DNA of 64,000 nucleotides, taken from Gammaproteobacteria bacterium RIFOXYD12_FULL_61_37 (GTDB lineage: Bacteria > Pseudomonadota > Gammaproteobacteria > Chromatiales > Chromatiaceae). A program made the position numbers and the translations under genes. Shown in pieces: positions 57,191 to 64,000 of this stretch. The notes beneath the pieces were generated by a model, which made no database searches, was not told the origin of the DNA, and was given only the letters and a program-made list of their open reading frames with translations. Each line of letters opens with the position of its first letter. Position 1 is the first letter of the stretch. The stretch covers positions 3,817 through 67,816 of the forward strand of contig MGZB01000011.1 of the NCBI GenBank assembly GCA_001801995.1. Direction: 5' to 3'.

Positions 57191-57294
57191 CGATGACGGG
57201 ACTGCGTTGAAGGATAGCAGGGAGTTTCGATAACAGGCATCATTATCGGCCAGGATCGGTGGCGACTAAATCGGCGAATGAAGGCTTGCCCATA
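57191..57294 (-). repeat. ~105-bp repeat, copy 2 (inverted partner of 49524-49628)
   Basis: See copy 1. This copy lies about 98 nt upstream of atpB and faces it. Confidence 0.9.
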
Positions 57295-57302
57295 ATGAAC
57301 GG

Positions 57303-57713
57303 ATGTACCAAACGCGCCGGATGAGCAGGATGAACAGGACTGCCCTGGAGTTCTTCAGATTCGGCCTCGTGGGCCTGGTCAATACCAGCGTCGATTTCGC
57401 CATCTTTTTGCTGCTCTACCGGGGGTTGGATGCAGACCCGCTCGCGGCCAACTGTATCGCCTTCCTGATCGCCGTGACCAACAGCTACCTGCTGAACCGC
57501 CACTGGACCTTCCGTGCCTCCTCTGCCCCGCTTTCAATGGCCAATTACGCCCGCTTTCTGGTTGTGAACTCGGGCGGATTGGTAATCGGCACACTGGCGA
57601 TCTTGTTGCTGAAGGGGCTCTTGCTGGTTGAATGGGCCAAGCTCATTGCCGCCGGCCTTACGCTCATCTGGAATTTTTCGACTTCCAAGCTGCTGGTTTT
57701 CAAGACGAGATAA
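57303..57713 (+). CDS. GtrA-family membrane protein
   Basis: 136 aa with four transmembrane helices. FFRFGLVGLVNTSVDF and NRHWTF are typical of GtrA. The start codon is uncertain (ATG at 57303, 57321 or 57330). Confidence 0.82.
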   Translation: MYQTRRMSRMNRTALEFFRFGLVGLVNTSVDFAIFLLLYRGLDADPLAANCIAFLIAVTNSYLLNRHWTFRASSAPLSMANYARFLVVNSGGLVIGTLAILLLKGLLLVEWAKLIAAGLTLIWNFSTSKLLVFKTR

Positions 57714-57717
57714 TCAC

Positions 57718-58710
57718 ATGCCACAGACGCTGTCGCTGCTCGCACCGATGTATAACGAAGCAGAGGTCATCGAACCCTTCTTCAATGAGGTCCTCCCCAT
57801 CCTGGAATCCCTGCCGCTCGAATGGGAGATTGTCTGCGTCAACGACGGCAGCAAGGACCGGACGCTGGAGTTGCTCTGGCAGTGGCACGAGCGGGAGCCC
57901 CGGATCAAGGTCATCAATCTCTCCCGGAACTTCGGCAAGGAGCGGGCCTTGACCGCCGCCCTGGATTTTGCCGCCGGCGATGCGGTCATCCCCATCGATG
58001 CGGACCTCCAGGACCCGCCGGACCTGATTCCCCGGATGGTCGAGCTATGGCAACAGGGCTTCGACGTGGTGAACGCGGTGCGCAAAAGCCGCGACTGCGA
58101 CTCCCCGTTGAAGCAGACGACCGCGCGGCTCTTTTACCGCGTCATCAACCGGATCTCGGATGTGGATATCCCGCGGGATGTGGGCGATTACCGGCTGTTG
58201 TCCCGGAGGGTCTGTGAGGTGCTGCGTTCCATGCGGGAGACCCACAGGTTCATGAAGGGGCTTTTCTCCTGGGTCGGCTTTCCGGCGACATCCCTCTATT
58301 TCGAGCGCAAGCCCCGCGCCGCCGGCACGACGAAGTGGAATTATTGGCGGCTCTGGAATTTAGCCCTGGAAGGGATCACCTCATTCAGCACGGTGCCGCT
58401 GAAAATCGCCTCCTATATCGGGTTCATCGCCGCCGTGCTGGGCCTGCTCTACGCCATCTATTTGGTTGCCCGCACCCTGGCCTTCGGCGATCCCGTGAAG
58501 GGCTATCCTTCCCTGATGACGGCCGTGCTCTTTTTCGGCGGTGTGCAACTCCTGTTCATCGGCGTCATCGGGGAGTACATCGCCCGCATTCAGGATGAGG
58601 TCAAGGGGCGTCCCATTTACGTGATCGAGTCCATCAGGGGAATATGCCGTTCTACGGGCACTCCTGACCTGCACACTGAGCGCCGAAGAGCTACTATTTA
58701 CCCTGATTGA
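57718..58710 (+). CDS. Family 2 glycosyltransferase (GtrB/ArnC-like polyprenyl-phosphate glycosyltransferase)
   Basis: 330 aa from the ATG at 57718. APMYNE, VNDGSKD, DADLQDPP and two C-terminal transmembrane helices. Confidence 0.88.
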   Translation: MPQTLSLLAPMYNEAEVIEPFFNEVLPILESLPLEWEIVCVNDGSKDRTLELLWQWHEREPRIKVINLSRNFGKERALTAALDFAAGDAVIPIDADLQDPPDLIPRMVELWQQGFDVVNAVRKSRDCDSPLKQTTARLFYRVINRISDVDIPRDVGDYRLLSRRVCEVLRSMRETHRFMKGLFSWVGFPATSLYFERKPRAAGTTKWNYWRLWNLALEGITSFSTVPLKIASYIGFIAAVLGLLYAIYLVARTLAFGDPVKGYPSLMTAVLFFGGVQLLFIGVIGEYIARIQDEVKGRPIYVIESIRGICRSTGTPDLHTERRRATIYPD

Positions 58711-58801
58711 CCGAACCGCCCGGCATACCCTGTCATCAGCCTGAATTCATGGGATGATAGATGCCGTACATGGCCCTCCAAGACGAAGAAGACGCTGACA
58801 G

Positions 58802-59182
58802 ATGACGACAAATAACGCCAGGCCGCTCTTTTTGAATCTTTACCAGATCCGGCTCCAAGTCTCGGGTCTCTTATCCATTACCCACCGCGCCACCGGGATG
58901 TTGCTGGCGCTGACCCTGCCTGCCCTGATTCTGTTGCTGGAGCAGTCCCTTTCCGGCGTGGATGGCTTCAACGCCAGCCGCGCCCTGTTGCAGAGCCCCC
59001 TGGGGAAGGCCGGGCTTTTCTTCGCCCTCTGGGCATTGTTTCACCACCTGATGGCCGGCATCCGCTACCTGCTGATCGACATGGGCGTCGGCGTGGAAAG
59101 GCCGGCCTTCCGGGTCTCGGCGCTGCTGGTGCTGCTGGCGGCCCCCATCATCGCCAACCATGTCGTGGGGAATTACCTATGA
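58802..59182 (+). CDS. sdhC: Succinate dehydrogenase cytochrome b556 subunit
   Basis: 126 aa with three transmembrane helices. SITHRATG contains the haem-ligand His context. Confidence 0.9.
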   Translation: MTTNNARPLFLNLYQIRLQVSGLLSITHRATGMLLALTLPALILLLEQSLSGVDGFNASRALLQSPLGKAGLFFALWALFHHLMAGIRYLLIDMGVGVERPAFRVSALLVLLAAPIIANHVVGNYL

Positions 59183-59520
59183 GCCAGGGCGCCTCGGGCC
59201 TGCGGGCTTGGCTGTTGCAACGGGCAACCGCCCTTTATCTGGCGGGTTATGCCGTTTACCTGCTTCTGTTCTTCATCCTCACCCCGCCCAGGGATTACGG
59301 CGCCTGGATCGCCTGGATCGACAACCCGCTGCACGCCGTCGGCCTGATGCTGTTCCTGGGCGCCCTGTTGCTGCACGTCTGGGTCGGTTTTCGTGACGTT
59401 CTGCTCGATTATGTCCCGCTCTTCCCCTTGCGGCTCGCCCTGCTGGCCCTGCTCGGATTCGGCCTCGCCGCCTGCGGGTTCTGGGCACTGCGCATCATCA
59501 TGGCGCCTCTTCTCATTTAA
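59179..59520 (+). CDS. sdhD: Succinate dehydrogenase membrane anchor subunit
   Basis: 113 aa with three transmembrane helices. The start overlaps the sdhC stop. Confidence 0.88.
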   Translation: MSQGASGLRAWLLQRATALYLAGYAVYLLLFFILTPPRDYGAWIAWIDNPLHAVGLMLFLGALLLHVWVGFRDVLLDYVPLFPLRLALLALLGFGLAACGFWALRIIMAPLLI

Positions 59521-59544
59521 GTTCCGTAGATCCTGGAAATAGAC

Positions 59545-61344
59545 ATGACGCTACCGAGACGACGTTTCGACACCCTCATCATCGGAGCAGGCGGCGCCGG
59601 ACTCAATGCCGCCCTGCAACTGGCCGGTTCCGGCCTGCGCGTGGCGGTGGTATCCAAGGTGTTCCCCACCCGTTCCCACACCGTGGCGGCCCAGGGGGGC
59701 GTCAACGCCGCCCTGGCCAATGTGCTGCCCGATACCTGGCACTGGCACATGTTCGATACGGTGAAGGGTTCCGATTACCTGGGGGACCAGGACGCCATCG
59801 AATTCATGTGCCGGGAAGCGATCCCCACCGTCTACGATCTGGAACACATGGGTGTGCCCTTCTCCCGGCTCGACAGCGGCAAGATCTACCAGCGCGCCTT
59901 CGGCGGCCAGAGCCAGGACTTCGGCGGTCCCCAGGCGGCCCGCACCTGCGCCGCCGCCGATCGCACCGGCCATGCCATCCTGCATGCCCTCTATCAGCAG
60001 AACATCCGTGCGCGGACCCACTTCTTCGACGAATATTTCGCCATCGACCTGTTGCGCGACGACGAGGGGGCCGTCCTGGGCGCCCTGGTGCTGGAGATCG
60101 AATCGGGCGAACCCCTGCTGATCGAAGCCAAGACCACACTGATCGCCACCGGCGGCTGCGGCCAGGTCTTCCGCACCACCAGCAATGCCCGCATCAACAC
60201 CGGCGACGGCATGGCCATGGCCCTGCGCGCGGGCATTCCCTTGCAGGACATGGAGTTCTTCCAGTTCCACCCCACCGGCATCGCCGGCAAGGGAAAGCTG
60301 ATCACCGAAGGGGTGCGCGGCGAGGGCGGCTATCTGATCAACGGCGAGGGCGAGCGTTTCATGGAACGCTACGCCCCCAACGCGAGGGACCTGGCCGGCC
60401 GGGACGTGGTGGCCCGCGCCATCGTCACGGAGATCATGGAAGGCCGCGGCTGCGGCATCAACAAGGACTATGTGCTGCTGCGGGTCGATCACCTGGGCGA
60501 GGAGCTGATCGCCAGCCGTCTGCCCGGCATCCGCGAGAGCGCCAGGATCTTCGCCGGTATCGACCCGGTCCTGGAGCCCATTCCCGTCTTCCCCACCGCC
60601 CACTACAGCATGGGAGGCATCCCCACCGACCGTTTCGGCCGGGTCGTGGCGCCCGCCGGTGAAGGGGCCGAGGAGGTGGTTCCCGGACTCTATGCCGCCG
60701 GCGAATGCGCCTGCGCCTCCGTGCATGGCGCCAACCGCCTGGGCGGCAACTCCCTGCTCGACATCCTGGTCTTCGGCCGGGCCGCGGGCAAAGACATCGT
60801 CGAATACATCAAAGAAAACCCCCACCATCGGCCGATGAGCGAGGCGAGCCTGGATCAGGCCCTCAGCCGTCTGCTCTACTGGGCGCAGACGGAGAAAAAG
60901 CCCAGCGGCAAGGGCAAGGCCAAGCCCGCCAAGGTAACCAGCGTCCGCGAACTGCGCGAGGAGTTCCGCAAGGTGATGGAAGACCACGCCGGGGTGTTCC
61001 GCACCCACAAGACCCTGTCCGAGGGCGTCAAGCTGTTGAAGTCCATCCGCAAGCAGCTCGCCGGCATTCACCTCAAGGACCATAGCAAGGTCTTTAATGT
61101 CGCCCGCATCGAGGCGCTGGAACTGGAAAACATGATCGACGTGGGCATGGCCATCGCCACCTCGGCCCTGGGGCGCAAGGAGAGCCGTGGCGCCCACTCG
61201 CGGCCGGACTTCGCGGCGCGGGATGACCGGCAGTGGATGAAGCACAGCCTTTACTTCAAAGAGAAGGACCGTCTCGAATACAAGCCGGTGCGGAGCAAGC
61301 CCATGACGGTGAAGAGCTTCCCGCCCATGGAGCGGACTTATTAA
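59545..61344 (+). CDS. sdhA: Succinate dehydrogenase flavoprotein subunit
   Basis: 599 aa. IIGAGGAGL and the covalent-FAD His in RSHTVAAQGG. Confidence 0.97.
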   Translation: MTLPRRRFDTLIIGAGGAGLNAALQLAGSGLRVAVVSKVFPTRSHTVAAQGGVNAALANVLPDTWHWHMFDTVKGSDYLGDQDAIEFMCREAIPTVYDLEHMGVPFSRLDSGKIYQRAFGGQSQDFGGPQAARTCAAADRTGHAILHALYQQNIRARTHFFDEYFAIDLLRDDEGAVLGALVLEIESGEPLLIEAKTTLIATGGCGQVFRTTSNARINTGDGMAMALRAGIPLQDMEFFQFHPTGIAGKGKLITEGVRGEGGYLINGEGERFMERYAPNARDLAGRDVVARAIVTEIMEGRGCGINKDYVLLRVDHLGEELIASRLPGIRESARIFAGIDPVLEPIPVFPTAHYSMGGIPTDRFGRVVAPAGEGAEEVVPGLYAAGECACASVHGANRLGGNSLLDILVFGRAAGKDIVEYIKENPHHRPMSEASLDQALSRLLYWAQTEKKPSGKGKAKPAKVTSVRELREEFRKVMEDHAGVFRTHKTLSEGVKLLKSIRKQLAGIHLKDHSKVFNVARIEALELENMIDVGMAIATSALGRKESRGAHSRPDFAARDDRQWMKHSLYFKEKDRLEYKPVRSKPMTVKSFPPMERTY

Positions 61345-61359
61345 ACGAGGACTAAACCC

Positions 61360-62052
61360 ATGAAATTCCGCGTCTACCGCTACAGCCCGGAAAGCGGCCT
61401 GAAACCCTACATGCAGGAGTTCGTGGTGGAAACCACTCGCGGCATGATGCTGCGCGACGCCCTGCTCGCCATCCAGGAACAGGATGAATCCTTCGCCTTC
61501 CGCCACTCCTGCGGCGATGGGGTTTGCGGCTCGGACAGCGTCAATGTGAACGGCCTCAACATGCTGGCCTGCACCACCCCCGTCGCCGGATTACGCCAGC
61601 CGGTCCTGGTCCGTCCCCTTCCTGGCCGCCCCGTGATACGCGACCTGGTGGTGGACATGAGCCAGTTCTACAAGCAGTACAGAAGCGTGGAGCCCTGGCT
61701 CAAACGTCAGGACCCCCTGCCGGAACATGAAGTCCACCAATCCCCGGAAGAGCGCGATAAGCTCGACGGCCTTCATGAATGCATCCTCTGCGGCTGTTGC
61801 TCCACCGCCTGCCCCTCCTTCTGGTGGAACCCCGAAAAGTTCCTCGGCCCCCAGGCCCTCCTGACCGCCTGCCGCTTCCTGGAAGACAGCCGCGACCAGG
61901 CGGCGGAAGAGCGCCTCGACGCCCTTGCCGGTCCTTACAAACTTTTCCGCTGCCACAGCATCATGAATTGCGTCGAGGTCTGCCCCAAGGGACTCAACCC
62001 CACCAAGGCCATAGGCCGGATCAAGGCGAAGATGCTGAAGGGTTCTCTTTGA
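61360..62052 (+). CDS. sdhB: Succinate dehydrogenase iron-sulfur subunit
   Basis: 230 aa. SCGDGVCGSD, CILCGCCSTACP and CHSIMNCVEVCP cluster motifs. Confidence 0.96.
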   Translation: MKFRVYRYSPESGLKPYMQEFVVETTRGMMLRDALLAIQEQDESFAFRHSCGDGVCGSDSVNVNGLNMLACTTPVAGLRQPVLVRPLPGRPVIRDLVVDMSQFYKQYRSVEPWLKRQDPLPEHEVHQSPEERDKLDGLHECILCGCCSTACPSFWWNPEKFLGPQALLTACRFLEDSRDQAAEERLDALAGPYKLFRCHSIMNCVEVCPKGLNPTKAIGRIKAKMLKGSL

Positions 62053-62354
62053 TGCCCTACAAGGATGTAGCAATGTCGCGGGAGGCAGGAAGCCGGGAGC
62101 GACCGGGGGCGGAAGCGGGGGAACGGCTGCGCTGGCAATGCCGCCGAGGCATGCTGGAACTGGACCTGCTGCTGGAATCCTTTCTGGAAAGGGACTATCC
62201 CTCGCTCTCGGACCCGGAGAAACGGGACTTCACGCGGCTCCTGGAGATGCAGGACCCGCAACTCCACGACTGGATCATGGGAGATAAATCACCCGATGAC
62301 CCGGCCTTCAGCCCTCTTATCCTCGCGCTTCGCGAGACCCTGGGCCAGCCGTAG
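62052..62354 (+). CDS. sdhE: FAD assembly factor SdhE
   Basis: 100 aa with the RGMLELD motif. Its ATG overlaps the sdhB TGA (TGATG). An alternative ATG is at 62073. Confidence 0.85.
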   Translation: MPYKDVAMSREAGSRERPGAEAGERLRWQCRRGMLELDLLLESFLERDYPSLSDPEKRDFTRLLEMQDPQLHDWIMGDKSPDDPAFSPLILALRETLGQP

Positions 62355-62379
62355 GGGCGGGTTTGAAACCCGCCCCTAC
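62351..62379. repeat. Perfect palindromic REP (family D), possible terminator
   Basis: gtaggggcggg tttgaaa cccgcccctac has an 11-bp stem and includes the sdhE TAG stop. Confidence 0.75.
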
Positions 62380-62446
62380 ACAGCCTTCCCGGGGTGGCTC
62401 GCCTCGCCCCATGATCGTTAGCCCGGTTGTCGGCCTGAAGGCCAAC

Positions 62447-63961
62447 CTACCGCTCGGGTAGCCCCAACCGCTGCCGCAACTCCTCTTCGGGGATGGGGCG
62501 GGCGAAGAGGTAGCCTTGGCCCATGTCGCAGTTCAGGCTTTGGAGGAAGGCGTGTTCCTCTTCCAGCTCTATGCCCTCGGCGACGACCTTCAGGTTCAGG
62601 GCGTGGGCCATCTCCAGGATCACTTTGCAGAGCAGGGCGTTCTCGTGGTTGAGATGGGAGTCTGAGACAAAGGCGATATCCAGCTTGAGGACATCGAAGG
62701 GGTATTTCTTCAGGTAGCTGAGGGAGGAATAGCCGGTGCCGAAATCGTCGATGGAGAGGCTGATGCCCATCGACTTTAGCTCCCGCAGGTTGTCGAGCAT
62801 CCAGTCGCTGTGTTCCATCAGCAGCCCTTCGGTCAGCTCGTATTCGATGAGATCCCTGCCGATGGCGTAGCGTTGGAGAAGCTCCCTGGTCTTGCGCAGC
62901 AGATGGTCGCGGCGGAATTGCAGATTGGAGATGTTGATGGCGACCTTCCCCAGACCCACCCCGGCACGCACGGCCTGGTCCACCAGGGCGAAGACCCGTT
63001 CCAGCACCCAGTCGCCGATGGCGATGATCAGGCCCGTCTCCTCTGCGATGCGGATGAACTCGCCGGGGGAGATGGGGCCCAGCACGGCATCCTGCCAGCG
63101 GATCAGCACCTCGTATCCGACGGGGCACCGGTCGCCCATCCGCACCAGGGGTTGAAAGACCAGGTGAAGGGCGTTGCCCTCCAAGGCGTAGAACAACCGC
63201 TGTTCCACCAGGGCGCGGCGTTCCAGGGCCACCGTCATCGTCTCGTTGTAGATGCAACTCTGGTTGATTCCGCTGTTTCTGGACTCATAGAGGGCCGTGT
63301 CCACAGCGGTCAGCAGGCTATGGCTGTCTTCGCCGTGGCGCGGAAAGCAGGCCGTGCCCATGTTGAAGGAGAGGAAGCAGCTACGGTGGTCGTAACGCAC
63401 CGGGTCGAGAAAGGCATCGTGGATATTGAACAGGATCTTTTCCAGCGGCCTGGAAGTGATGCCCAGGGGGATGAGCGCGATGATGCGGTTGGTGCTCAAG
63501 CGGTGGATGTGGCAGCTGCTTCCCACCGCCGACCGGATACGGTCGCCGGCGACATCCAGGATCTTCTCCCAGGTCGTATCCAGGCTGGCGCGGCCGATGA
63601 TGTCCCGGCTCTCGAAATGGAAGTAGACGAGGGCCAGCCCCTGGTTATTGGCCCTGGCCTGGGCGATCAGGTAGGGCAATTCGGTGGTGAGGGGATTGTC
63701 TTTGGGGGAATAGGCGGGGCGCCTCATCAGCCGCACCCCGCGAATGATGCCGTCATCGCCGGAGAAGCGCAGGCCCTCGCCGGAAGCTGCCTGGGCGCCG
63801 GAAAGCACCCCGACGAAGGCCCGCTCCCCTTGGAAGGCAAGGGAGTGGAAATCGAGGCTGAGGGTTCGTGGTTCCCCGGTAGGCGATGGGATGCGGAGCG
63901 TCAGGTTGGTCTTCTCGGGCACCTGTTCCAACACCAGCCGCATCTTGCATTGGTTTTCCAA
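62447..63961 (-). CDS. Degenerate GGDEF plus EAL domain protein (putative c-di-GMP phosphodiesterase)
   Basis: 504 aa. EAL-domain blocks YEVLIRW, DDFGTGYSSL and KLDIAFV. The GGDEF position reads RLSTNR. The N-terminal ~120 aa are unassigned. Confidence 0.85.
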   Translation of the reverse strand: MENQCKMRLVLEQVPEKTNLTLRIPSPTGEPRTLSLDFHSLAFQGERAFVGVLSGAQAASGEGLRFSGDDGIIRGVRLMRRPAYSPKDNPLTTELPYLIAQARANNQGLALVYFHFESRDIIGRASLDTTWEKILDVAGDRIRSAVGSSCHIHRLSTNRIIALIPLGITSRPLEKILFNIHDAFLDPVRYDHRSCFLSFNMGTACFPRHGEDSHSLLTAVDTALYESRNSGINQSCIYNETMTVALERRALVEQRLFYALEGNALHLVFQPLVRMGDRCPVGYEVLIRWQDAVLGPISPGEFIRIAEETGLIIAIGDWVLERVFALVDQAVRAGVGLGKVAINISNLQFRRDHLLRKTRELLQRYAIGRDLIEYELTEGLLMEHSDWMLDNLRELKSMGISLSIDDFGTGYSSLSYLKKYPFDVLKLDIAFVSDSHLNHENALLCKVILEMAHALNLKVVAEGIELEEEHAFLQSLNCDMGQGYLFARPIPEEELRQRLGLPER

Positions 63962-64000
63962 TTGCCGGTAGGCGGCCGCCAGCTCATCCTCCTTCAGATG

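Noticed and set aside
59551-61506. 651-aa minus-strand ORF opposite sdhA.
   Set aside because: It is a shadow ORF. sdhA on the plus strand has the FAD-binding and covalent-His motifs.
61500-61540. SdhB first cluster motif reads CGSD instead of CGSC.
   Set aside because: An Asp at this ligand position is the normal state in E. coli-type SdhB, so it is not an anomaly.

Overview
GC-rich chromosomal segment from a sulfur-oxidising proteobacterium with gammaproteobacterial-type gene order. All calls come from reading the ORF translations and the DNA by eye. No database search or alignment was run.

Conserved core, in order:
- a ParDE-like toxin-antitoxin pair at the left edge
- hisD-hisG-murA and mlaBCDEF on the minus strand
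- kdsDC-lptCAB-rpoN-hpf, followed by hprK-rapZ-EIIA(Man)-HPr with no ptsN
- mgtE, a DUF1451-like zinc-ribbon gene, leuS-lptE-holA, proA-nadD-rsfS
- a DUF1249-like gene, mazG, a NUDIX gene, prc, a PBP7-like peptidase and murJ
- a complete reverse-type dissimilatory sulfite reductase cluster, dsrABEFHCMKLJOPNR (34.0-46.6 kb)
- a metallophosphoesterase and the ABC-F gene uup
- at the right end gtrA, a GT2 glycosyltransferase, sdhCDAB-sdhE and a degenerate-GGDEF/EAL gene

Accessory or unusual content:
1. A tight four-gene minus-strand operon lies divergent from dsrA. It encodes two unknown proteins, an orphan Cas6/Cmx6-like protein and a cysteine-less DsrC paralogue. No CRISPR array or other cas gene is in the window. 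This is the best candidate for an undescribed system.
2. A ~7.6 kb patch is bracketed by inverted ~105-bp repeats. It holds three Uma2 genes (one decayed), a two-pilin locus with a TfpX/TfpZ-like accessory gene, and an N-type ATPase operon fragment with only a, c, b and alpha.
3. At least three families of long-hairpin MITE-like elements are present. One pair sits exactly on the TAA stop codons of lptE and holA.
4. Several REP families are present, often overlapping stop codons.

No rRNA, tRNA or CRISPR array was recognised.
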